57,325 bases of DNA from Chara braunii (lineage: Eukaryota > Plantae > Charophyceae). A program made the position numbers and the translations under genes. The stretch lies in the NCBI GenBank assembly GCA_003427395.1, contig BFEA01000018.1:3499743-3557067 (forward strand), given 5' to 3'. Of the stretch, positions 38,941 through 49,240 are shown one piece after another (the first letter of the stretch is position 1; each line of letters opens with the position of its first letter). Under the pieces are notes generated by a model. The model was given only the letters and a program-made list of their open reading frames with translations. It did no database searches and was not told where the DNA came from.

Positions 38941-40689
38941 ATCAATGCCTTAATCTACTTTTCTTTTTAATGTACTTTGCTGCTTGTGATGTTGTTGACA
39001 ATGTGTGTGGATTCCTTATGGCCCTGTGATCAGAAATCAGCAGCAGGCAGTCCACAGGTGAGACAACATCAGAAACCGCACAGGTAAGTCCACATCAGCA
39101 TCAATCAACACATCAACGAGGTAAGTCCATATCAGGGCCAATCAAAGGCCTGACTCATATCAGCACTCAACGGGACACATCATCCTGCCTATCTTCAACA
39201 ACTGCAGCATTTCTCTCTTCAGTATGCCATGTAGGCAACGCTATCACCGGTATGCCACGCGGACAATGCTCTTTGCCAGTATGCCACGTAGGCAATGCTA
39301 TCGCCAGTATGCCAAGTGGACAATGCTCTCGGCAGTATGCCAGGTAGGCAATGCTATCGCCAGTATGCCACGTCATTGCTTAGTTGTCTTCTTCAACGCT
39401 CTTCAATCAGTACAGCTTCTACTGGCGATTTATTCCCTCGCGGGAACCAGCCAGTGAGCGCCACGTCAGCGCAGGCCTATGGTAAGAACCACTCTGCCAA
39501 TCATGTTGCAGATAACAATGTCGTGCAAATGTCGTGAGATAATCAATCCAATAAGCCCATTTGTTCGAAGTCATTGAAGTACATGTTTCCTCACTACCAC
39601 GTGTACATCTCAAAGTCCACATTATCCCGAAAAGGAGAAGAGGGGAGATTAGACAGCTGGAAGAACCTCTTCTCCTTCAAGGTCCCCACCTCTGCCATGT
39701 CAGCAATCTGTGTGCCATGTCAGCAATATGCACTCCATGTGCCACGTTAGCACTCCGTACTCAATATGCCATGTCAGCGTCAGCGATATGCACACAATGT
39801 GCCACGTCAGCAATATGCACTCAATGTGCCGCGTCAGCAATATGCACTCAATGTGCCACGTCAGCACTCCATGTAACACATGCATGATGTGCAAGCAGCC
39901 CCTCGCACATAAACGATCCTCCAACAGTGAGCAGAACCGTCAGCAGCTTCACATTTGAAGAAACCAGGTACGTATGCATAACGACTCACATCACACACAT
40001 TCTCCCTCTCCCTCTCCTCATTCCCTTGCCGTCATCTTTAGTCGTGACTGTAGCCGCCCTCTCCCTCTCTCTACACTATAGTGTCTGGTTGGCGCCCATC
40101 CAGCAGCCTGGCGCGAGCACCTCCTCTCAAGTCTCACGTGCAGCGTCGTAGCCGCAAGCAACTCGCAAGACTGAAATCCGCAGCAGTGGCAAGGTCAACT
40201 TCATATATCGTTGACTCGCCTGTCCAAGGTCAGCGTTGGCCCAAGTGAGGGCCTGGATCATCCGATTTGTCCCAGTTTCGGTCTGGACTCCTCGAGGCCT
40301 GAATCTTCCGGAACCTGTAGACCACTGTTAGATCATTCCAGATCGATGGCCAGGAAATCTTTGTGTGTTGACTTTGACTTCTCGGATTTGGGCCTGGGTC
40401 CACGAGCTGACTATTGACTTTTTGGTCAACTGTCAGCCTGGGCCTTTTCCAAGGCCTGTTTGACCCCTCTTTTTCCATGCCAGCCCGTTCGTGCTTGTCT
40501 GTGGGCCCGACGAGAGCCCAGCGGCTCAATTTGGCACACGAGTTACAGCAATTCACTACTTTTTAAAGTCTTTTTTTAAGTTTCTTTATAGTCTTTGAAT
40601 TAAGATTGGTTAGGAATGTTGACATAACAATGAGGCAAAAGTGGTTTGCATTGTTATTTTGCATAACATACTTTTTTTTCAGATTTTTC

Positions 40690-40840
40690 TTTTTTTTAAT
40701 GGTACGGACATTTCCGGACCTGCTTACCAGTCCGGACCGTCTGGAACCATGCATGTCCGGAGGTCCGGATGTGTCCGGACGTCCGGACATCTGGACCCGA
40801 CCGGACATGAGCTCTCCGGGTCCGGGTCCAGCGTAGCTAT
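40690..40840. mobile_element. TCCGGA-rich DNA-transposon subterminal fragment
   Basis: Many (T)CCGGA(C) motifs ending in GCTATG; partner TIR not found. Confidence 0.4.
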
Positions 40841-41466
40841 GGTCGGTAACCTGTTCTGTGCAAGGCACTTGGTTTAAGGATAGAGCAGGGCACGGTCGTA
40901 TAGGTGTGCTCAGGTCCATCATTCTTACCTCTTTAAGAGGGTTTTATTAAACCAAGAGAACTGCATCCCTTCCAGTCCCTCCATCCCAGCAATCTTCCTT
41001 TTTTCCAAAACCTGTGTATGCGCGCGTGTGTGTGGTAAGAATACAAGACCCCAGCATAAAAGCTTCACACCAGATGACCTTCTCCAAAACAGCACATCGC
41101 AAGGCTATGTGCAGCCAAACATTAGTCCACGACTGAGACTGGCATGCCAACGTACAAAAGGACTTCAGACTTCAACACCACATCAAGGCAGCCACTCAGA
41201 TTGACGGTTGAGAGAGGAAGGGTGAAGCGAGAGGACAGACAAGCAACAGTAGCAGCAAAGAACAAAGGCTGGAGGGTACAGGGGAGGCGGGTGGGCAGAC
41301 AACCAGCAATAGGCAACCACTGGGTGAACAGGGCAGAGAAACCAGAAGAACACCGACGAACCATGAAGCAACAGGGCACGACAACACACAAACACACAAA
41401 CCACCAAGAAAAAACACAAGTCCAAAAAATGCAAAGACTGAAAAAAAATAAAACTGATGACGAAAT

Positions 41467-41518
41467 ATTGTTTCGTCGGAGTTGCACCGACTCCTCAGGA
41501 GGCTGAACCCTCGACAAT
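41467..41518 (-). ncRNA. Type III hammerhead ribozyme with intact core
   Basis: AUUG-UC|GAGG(GUUCAG)CCUC-CUGAGGA-GUCGG(UGCAACU)CCGAC-GAAA-CAAU. All three stems Watson-Crick; GUC cleavage predicted between 41513 and 41512. Confidence 0.9.
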
Positions 41519-42411
41519 CTGCGGAATCCCCGTATTTGATGGTTTCGGTCATGAACCCTTTGACCCTTGTTGAAGGCAGACTGTCCCCAAGCGGAGCATA
41601 GCAGCAGGCAGCACCCTGTGGAGCACCAGGCAACACAGTAGAGGCAACACGGCTGCACAACACCAAAAACGACTGCAAGGAACAACATGGCACGCAGGGC
41701 ATGCAGCGCAGCAACTGTGTAGCGAAGCACAAGACATCACAAGCAAGGCAAAAGCACTGCAGGGGACAACAGGCCAAGCGGACCAGCAGCTTGGCAACCG
41801 TGGAGCGGAGCACAAGGCACCAGCAACAAGGCAACCAACCTACAGGGCACACAAGCGGCAAACACGGACGGCACAGCCAGCAGATGAGCAGCATGGCAGT
41901 GGAGCAGCGAAGCGCAAAGCAACACCACAACCGAGCCACACCACACAGCGAAGACAGCAGCTTGCCAAGAACGACCCGCGAGGCAAGCGGAACGGGCAGC
42001 AAGGCAGTGGTGGAGTGCAGACGAGGTCATCCACACATCCAACACGGAGCAAAGCAGCACATCACCTACTCACATCACGGGTGAACCCCGCAGACTGTTG
42101 GTTCCCACCACCCACTGAGCCAGGGAGACACTCTGACGAGCATCCGTCATCACCTACAGGCAACACAAACATCCCAAACCGAGCGCCCCCCCTAAGAGTG
42201 CAGTTGGCACTCCAAACGAGGAACCAGCGACTGATTGGCACTACCTAAGGGTGCTCAGTTGGGCATACAGAAAAATGCTTAGAAAAAATCAGAGGGAGGA
42301 CGGACAGTAGGAGAAGGACTGACAGACATAAAACTGATTTTTTTTTTTTTTTTTNNNNNNNNNNNNNNNNNNNNNNNNNNNNNNNNNNNNNNNNNNNNNN
42401 NNNNNNNNNNN

Positions 42412-42445
<34 letters not shown>

Positions 42446-42786
42446 GAGTTTACCACAACAGCCCCTATCCCACCCAGATGAGTAGATCCAAAATCGAAGC
42501 AGCTTTAATCCTATTGCAGACAATGAAGGCCCTTGAGTTGAGACAATACAACAATGAAACAGTTTCACCTCTTAGCAAGAAGCATGGAGTACAATAGAAG
42601 TGTTTACATCCCTTTTCTTAATTGTGTTCACTTTTGCTTTCTTTGGGCTACCCCTTTCATTTGTTCTTGCCGCGCCCCTTTTACTGTGCCTCTCATGTAC
42701 ATTGTACAAGGCTCGCCATGTTGATCGTGGTTGTGTGTGTGTGTGTGTGTGTGTGTTCCTGTGTGTGTGTGTGAATGTGTGACCAG

Positions 42787-43905
42787 GGGCCATTGGGAAA
42801 CCTTGATGTTGTGCTCAATTACGGCCTTCTGGACAGCATTGTTCCTCCTTCGAAAATTCACAACAGTTTTCAACGCGTTCCAGGAGATGTCTCAGCAAAC
42901 CCCTTTCCGCTGAAGGGCCACTATGATTTCGCTTACTCAACCTGCCATGAGAATCATGTGGGACATGGTGAGGGCAGAGGGCCTCGCCAGGAGTCAGCAA
43001 TGTCCGCCAAAGATGAAATGATACTTCTCCGTCAGTTCACTCTTGTTAGACCGGATCCATTTGCTCAGACAACCGCAAGGGGGCTGTCATATGGTGACAA
43101 CACGCTTCTCCGTCCAGGGCGCAATGATTCCAAAATCTATCCCAAGGGAGGGATGCTAGTTGAACAGATCAGGCTGACGCTCCCACAGAGACATTCTGCA
43201 GCAGGCACAAAGGAACCTGTTCGCTCGTTGTGGATTTTGAAGCCCAATCATGCTCCGCGAGGGGGTTACGTATATGTGGCTGGCGCATATGTTGATCCGA
43301 CAGCCTACTTTCCGTTCCTCTTCCAGGTAGCGGCACAAGGGTACCTGGTGGCCCTTCCACAGATGGAACGCCGTCTTTCTCTGGACCCTATGCTCGCCGA
43401 TCAGGTTCTTGCCTTTGACCATCCGATTCTTCGCACCGTACCCCACAACAAGTGGGCCATTGGTGGTCATTCTTTGGGTGGGTATTGCGCATTCAGTTAT
43501 GCAAGCCTTCCCCAACGCCACAACATCGTAGCTGTGGTTACACATTCAGGTCTGTTCACCCTTCCATTCGGTCTCCTTCCATCGACTGTGAATCTAAGTC
43601 AGTCATCTCTGCCAGTTTGCCAAATTTACGGCTCTCTTGATGGTGTGGTTCTAGGTGATCCAGAATATTTCCGATACAGTGCCAACGACCCTCCTCCAAG
43701 AGGCCGTGGGCTAATTGCGAATTTAACTGCAACGAGGTTCATTCGCATGGAAGGGGCAAATCATCAACAAGTGGGAGAGTACGGGTCCCAGACCAACGAT
43801 ATCATTGCAACAATTGGGCACGTTGAGCAAGAGACTACTTATGCACAGCTGACAGTCGACTGCCTGAACGAGGCAATGGGTTACACGGCCAGTAAGCATG
43901 CATGA
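42787..43905 (+). CDS. Exon 2 of tandem alpha/beta-hydrolase gene: end of domain 1 plus complete catalytic domain 2
   Basis: Phase-0 acceptor CAG|GGG at 42786/42787; VVLNYGLLD..KGHYDF completes domain 1; domain 2 GAYVDPTAY, GGHSLGG (Ser 43471), IYGSLDG (Asp 43639), EGANHQQVGEYG (His 43762). A GTAAGC near 43892 could be a further donor. Confidence 0.9.
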   Translation, partial: GPLGNLDVVLNYGLLDSIVPPSKIHNSFQRVPGDVSANPFPLKGHYDFAYSTCHENHVGHGEGRGPRQESAMSAKDEMILLRQFTLVRPDPFAQTTARGLSYGDNTLLRPGRNDSKIYPKGGMLVEQIRLTLPQRHSAAGTKEPVRSLWILKPNHAPRGGYVYVAGAYVDPTAYFPFLFQVAAQGYLVALPQMERRLSLDPMLADQVLAFDHPILRTVPHNKWAIGGHSLGGYCAFSYASLPQRHNIVAVVTHSGLFTLPFGLLPSTVNLSQSSLPVCQIYGSLDGVVLGDPEYFRYSANDPPPRGRGLIANLTATRFIRMEGANHQQVGEYGSQTNDIIATIGHVEQETTYAQLTVDCLNEAMGYTASKHA

Positions 43906-44249
43906 ATTTCCACATGGCTAGGCTATCAGGCACGCCCCAGTAGGCTGCATGGCCAGGTGAGCATGGGCCACGCATGAGGGAGGACTGATGCATGGCCAGT
44001 ACAAGTCCGAGGCAATGCAAAGTCCGAAGATCACCATCAGGAGGGAGAGATACAATGTGACACGGTGGAAGACTCAAATCAGATACGACTTAGCTGACCC
44101 TGACAAGCCTCAAACAATATGTCTCAGATCTTGAGTCAGGGATCCTGGCTCCCGATGACATTGTTTTTTTTTTTTTTGTTCTATCTTTTGAGGGTTAGGA
44201 CGCCTGGGTACAACGCCTAGGTATTTAAAGGAACTACCAAATAGCAAGN

Positions 44250-44809
44250 TGGTGGCGAGACACAAGGTGGGACTTCGTGATGCAATTTGAGAGAGGCGAC
44301 AGTGAAGGGCACCTACAACTTGAATCTGGACTTCAGGGAAGACAAGGGGTGACCTTAGGGCTCCCCTCAAGTAGGCGAGCTTGAGGGTGGCAGCCATATC
44401 CGCACCTACGGACTGCAAGTTGTTGCTTTGATCTTCAATATTGACGGGGGATCCGGCTTTGTAGTTTGGGGTAGATGTTGACCCTCCTAGATGATAGGAC
44501 ACTAGTGTAGAGGATGCTAATTGGGTCAGGAGGACTGTGTGAGAGGGGGGTGAGTTCTTTTCATCTCAAGAGCCCGGTCACTCAGGTAAGTGTCGTGCCA
44601 CCAGGGTGCCCATGTGTGTGAGCATGGAATTGACTGCCTGTTGGGGTTCTCTGGGTTCTTCTTCCATCCTCCATAGTCTTGGTTGTGTGTGAGGTGTGTG
44701 AACTGCCTACTCACCTGATGAGTGAATGAATGGAGTATCTTGTTTGCTATGTGATATCTCTCTACAGTGCTTTGTTTATTTCATTCTGAACGGCGGTAGT
44801 CTACAGGTT
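44250..44809 (+). other. Probably misassembled copy of 54108-54667 (Gypsy LTR sequence)
   Basis: Matches the downstream copy at offset 9858 apart from Ns; bounded by an N (44249) and the adapter. Confidence 0.8.
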
Positions 44810-44847
44810 CTGTCTCTTATACACATCTAGATGTGTATAAGAGACAG
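44810..44847. other. Nextera mate-pair junction adapter (two inverted Tn5 mosaic ends); sequencing artefact
   Basis: Exact CTGTCTCTTATACACATCT followed by AGATGTGTATAAGAGACAG. Confidence 0.99.
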
Positions 44848-44890
44848 CTCTTTGTGTGTGTTTTTTTTACAGTTTATTTGCGTCTTTAAT

Positions 44891-47065
44891 TTTTTTTTTT
44901 TTTTTTTTTTTTTTGAGCCCTTGTGTAAGCCCTCTATCCTGGCGGTGGTAAGAGAACTGTCAGAATTGAGGGCTTATCTGCCGGGCTGCTCCATCTATTG
45001 GTGGGGAGCGGCGCCTGCTGGAAACCGGGTCCAGCGGCGGACCAGCGTCCCATTGATACATCTTTTTTTAATGAGAATCAGGCTCAGCGTCCCTTGGAAA
45101 TACATGGATGAAAAATGAGAAGACCATGGTCATGCCGCAATCCGAGAAAGACCACATTGCTTGAAACCAGGTCCAGCGTCCTGCCCCAGGCTAAACTTTT
45201 ATTACCTCTCCTGACATGTGGCCTGGCTCAGGAAGTTGGCAGGAGCCACTGGGGGGCACCAATGGGGTCCTTCTTCCATCTCCTCGCCTGGCCCCAAATT
45301 CTCACTGTGCTCTCCTCGTATATGAGCTGGGAACTGGGCCCAGCGTTCTTTTTGAGGCTTCATTGTCGTTTCTCTTTTTGAGAAATCCTTCAGAATTCCA
45401 GGGAGATGCTCGGCTTCACTGTAGATGGAGCAGATCAGGTAAATGGGCCAGATGACCCAGATGAACCAGGTAGCGGCTGGGTACTTAGGTAACGTCCCAC
45501 AGACTTTCCTCCAGGGACAGCGGATGGGGGGGGGAAGGGGTCAGCGAATTCCTGGGCTGGTCATAACGGTTCCCTAGGATCGACCTTTGTCCACTCATGA
45601 AAATGCAGCTGGTAATCCCTTTCAATCTCTGCCCGTCGCCCCCCTTGCGGTCCCATCTCCTCCTCCTGTTGATGTTCCCGTTGGTGTTCCTGTTGCTGGA
45701 CCTGTTGCTGTTCTTGCCCATCTCCTGCCCAGCTCACCTTTGCCACCCAGCCCTCCCTCTTCCCTCCCAACCAGTCCTCGCAGACCTGAAAGATGATTCT
45801 ATTGATATCGCCCCTGGTGTGTACTTGGTTCAACTTTTCCTTAGCGGCCCGCCACAGGGCTGTAATCTCATACTGTACAAGTAGCCGTAGTTGCTCCGTG
45901 ACCTCCCCATCTTCCACCCTCGCTCCCTCTATTTTCAGAATGCACCTTCTCCACCATATTACCCTCAGGGCGGTGCGTCTACCCAGGCAAAACATGTTCT
46001 CCTCGAATGTGTTTCCTCGAATCTGGGGGTAATGTCCCAGGAGTATGACCCTCCAGTCCCATGGCCATAATGAGCCCGACATCACCTCCATAATAAAACA
46101 GCCATGGGGCACTGAAGGAAAATGTGCTCTATCGTCTCGGGGCGTTTTTTTCCGGGGTAGCACTGGAGGCATCTATGGCACCACGACAGTGTCCGACCCG
46201 CTGCTCCAAATGTGTGTGCTCTATCAACCAATCGTTGGTCGGCACACCGGTACGCATTTTGCCACTGCAGGGCATAATTTTTTGTCGGTCTCTTTCCACA
46301 CTCTCCGAACCACCTTATGGGCTTGAGCAGGCTACGGTCTACGTTGAGATGACGATGTCATCTGTCTACTACGTCTCGGAGCCTGTGTTTAGATCTGAGC
46401 ATTCGGTATACCGACTTAGTTTTTAAATTGGCAAGCGCTATCGTCTTCGCTTTCCCCCTCTTCTCGAGTTTGTTGGGTCTTTCCGTAACCAGCGCCACTC
46501 GTTGGGATCGAAGGGGAGGTCTTCAATCGGGGTCATTGGCCGGTAAGCCCTCCAACCCCTCCCCTCGTCAATCACTTTGACATGATAGACTTCCTTTTTC
46601 TCCTTCCAAATGAAAGGTTGTCGGGTCCCTCGTAGACGACCGTTTTCTTGGACGGAAAAACCTTCGATCAGCACTTGGGTTTGGTCTACCAGGTGCACAT
46701 GCCCTATTTGTTTTCCATGGCCAGGCAGTCCTACCCAATCCCCTTCTTCCTGGACATAAAAACCTTCGATCAGCACTTGCGTTTGGTCTACCAGGTGCAC
46801 ATGCCCTACTTGTTTTCCCTAGTCAGGCAGTCCTACCCAATCCCCTTCTTCCAAGAGAGGACCCTTCCGAAGGATGATATACCAATGGAGGGGGAAATTA
46901 TCAATGAGCTCGTCCAGTGCAGACTCTGTAAAGTGGCAATAATGCAACCATCTACACATTCTTTCTACACTTTTCCATTCGCTCGCGGCTGTGTCCCAAA
47001 GGTCTCCCACCCTCAGGGCCCCGCGTTTCACCCAACCCTTCCATGGAGGGTCCGTTCCACACCTC
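44891..47065 (-). mobile_element. Degenerate L1 3' fragment with poly-A and an internal 102-bp duplication (46661/46763)
   Basis: GWVKRGALRVGDLWD resembles TWVKKGVLQVKDIWD of the L1 near 29400; T-run at ~44890-44914. Confidence 0.75.
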
Positions 47066-47170
47066 TCTTCTTCTTCTTCTTCTTCTTCTTCTTCTTCTTC
47101 TTCTTCTCTCTCTCTCTGGTCAGTCATCCCTCCCTCCCTCCCTCCCTCTCGCCCTCCCTCCCTCCATCCA

Positions 47171-47238
<68 letters not shown>

Positions 47239-47240
47239 CT
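47066..47240. repeat. Compound microsatellite (TTC)n, (CCCT)n, (CT)n
   Basis: Direct observation. Confidence 0.95.
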
Positions 47241-47344
47241 CTGTTTGATGATATATATATTTATAATATTGATATATAAATATAAATTATGCATATAATA
47301 TTATGATTTAATTCATTATTTTAATTCATCTTTTTTATTTCATT

Positions 47345-47960
47345 TCTTTTCTTTTTTTAAGCAAGGCAGCGTCATTAGGGGGGGTGATAAGAGCATCCTC
47401 CCCTAGTGCGTGGTCCGTTTGCTCCAGTCTATTAGTGGGGAGCTTCACCTGCTGGAAAACGGGTCCAGCGTCCCAAATGTACAATTGAGAAGAAGTAAGG
47501 TAAGAGTAAATAAGGTCTTGGCTCATAAATAACAGTTTAATAATAGTATTCATACTACGCTCTTTATATGATAGCCTCCTCTCTCTCTCTCTCAAGAGGA
47601 TAATACTGACTGGTGAAGGCAGAGCCTTGAGCCGCTGATGCACTCCAGATGTCCAGAAGAAGAAAGTCGGCAATGGCCAGTGGCACACCTCCAAGATATG
47701 GCACCAGGTGAGTGGACTCCATGCCACCTCCAACCTCTATAGCTCTACCCAACTCTCCACTCGTCTATTGCTAGGCTCCTCCTCTACTGTCCCTCGCAGT
47801 GTGGTGGCCCACAAATGAATGGAAGACTAGCTGCCTACTTACTACTGGGCCAGCCCAGTGACCAACCGACCAGACCTCCATCCTAGGCCGTTGGAACAGA
47901 CGAGGATCCGATCGCCTGGAAGGAAAGTTGTGTCCTGCTGCATCCCCCACGCCCAAAAAT
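47345..47960 (-). mobile_element. Degenerate L1 3' remnant
   Basis: Same two-hairpin tail motif (47421-47475) as the L1 fragment near 45000, A-rich end, Trp-rich ORF remnants. Confidence 0.55.
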
Positions 47961-48219
47961 GAGTGCCCTGGGTCCTTATTCACATCCAGACCCTACGTCA
48001 CTGTCTCAGCAGCTGGGCCAAAATGTGAAAGAGTATACGCCAGAGGTCTGCACAGGGCAAACCTATGCCTGCTCGCAGAAATGCCTGAAAAACACAATCT
48101 AGACCAGGACAAAACGAACTGGCAAAGCAAACCCATACTGACACACACGTAATATGCAGCAATGGAAAACAAAGCAAACTGAGTAAAATTGAGCTGAGGA
48201 CAGATGCAACACTCACTCT

Positions 48220-48330
48220 CCCTGAACTCAGAAATCGACAAAATTCGCCCTGAACTCAGAAATCGACAAAATTCGCCCTGAACTCAGAAATCGACAAAAT
48301 TCGCCGTGAACTCAGAAATCGACAAAATTC
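48220..48330. repeat. 28-bp minisatellite, 4 copies
   Basis: CCCTGAACTCAGAAATCGACAAAATTCG repeated. Confidence 0.95.
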
Positions 48331-49127
48331 TCACATGCCTGTTTGGGACTCAACTCTTCTAGGGATCTCATGATGGCTAAGGCGCTCTCGCCCAGTACAA
48401 GGCCACGAAAAAGGCCTGAGCAGTGAAATAGGAGCTAGCCTAGTAGGTTGACATGCCAGATTCTCACCCAGCAGATACCGGGATCGAACCTGACAGTTGC
48501 ACTACTTCAAAAAACAAGAAAGGCCTGAGCAGATGAGGGGCCTCCCCAGGCGATGTCAGGGTCCCCTGGCCCAATGTGGGAGTCCGGAGCACGCCACTAA
48601 CCCCGCTCCTCAAGAAGTTGAGCTGCTGCAAGGGTGAAGCTGACAATCTGAAGGGGCCACCCTCATCTTGGGTGGGTGCGAGGGTTGGGTCTTTCAGGCT
48701 GCACAACGTCGATGCTTGTAGTCTGCTAAGATATTTGGTATCGTGGCCTCACGGTCCTTCCAGGTAAGCCAATGATCAGCACGAGGTTGGCAATATGCAA
48801 AACGACCCTTCTAGTGCATGGGCTTGTTGTCATTGTGCTCATGTGGGCGGGGGGGGGGAGGGGAGGGGGGACACCCCCTCTCCCCCCACACACAGGGGAG
48901 GTTTCGATCTGGAGGGAGCACCCTCATCTTGGGTGGAGGTTTGAAATCTCCAGAACCTCCGAAAAACCATCCATAGCAGTAGCCTCCTATGAACAGTGGC
49001 CCCGATAGCCAGATCGCTTAGAGGAGGGCAACACCGAATGAGCACAGATTTAGGGGGAGGTAGATCGCAACTGAAGGATTGTCAGGCTGATCCCTGGGAG
49101 CAGCCGAAATACAAAAAGATCCCTACA

Positions 49128-49240
49128 CCAACTGGCCTTAGCTCAGTTGGTTCACCACTGAACTGTTGAAATACAGACCTGTGTTCGCACTCCACTGGGA
49201 ACAGATGAGTGAAGTACTGCAATTGTCTAGGGCCGGTCAA
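49128..49240 (+). mobile_element. tRNA-derived SINE
   Basis: TAGCTCAGTTGGT (A box), GTTCGCACTCC (B box); colinear with the reverse complement of 24635-24762. Confidence 0.75.

Larger units (their letters stand above)
31075..40547 (-). mobile_element. Decayed Ty3/Gypsy chromovirus with two LTRs (5' LTR ~38650-40547; 3' LTR 31075-33464, truncated and interrupted)
   Basis: 31087-31314 plus 32671-33464 match 39497-40547; LTR starts TGTAAC at 40547. Gag CLKCSMVGHIIAWC, protease ALLDPGS, RT YLDD, RNase H, integrase, chromodomain YQVEKIIEH near 33690. Confidence 0.92.

Noticed and set aside
44810-44847. Natural Tn5/IS50 ends or a biological palindrome
   Set aside because: Exact synthetic Nextera junction adapter.
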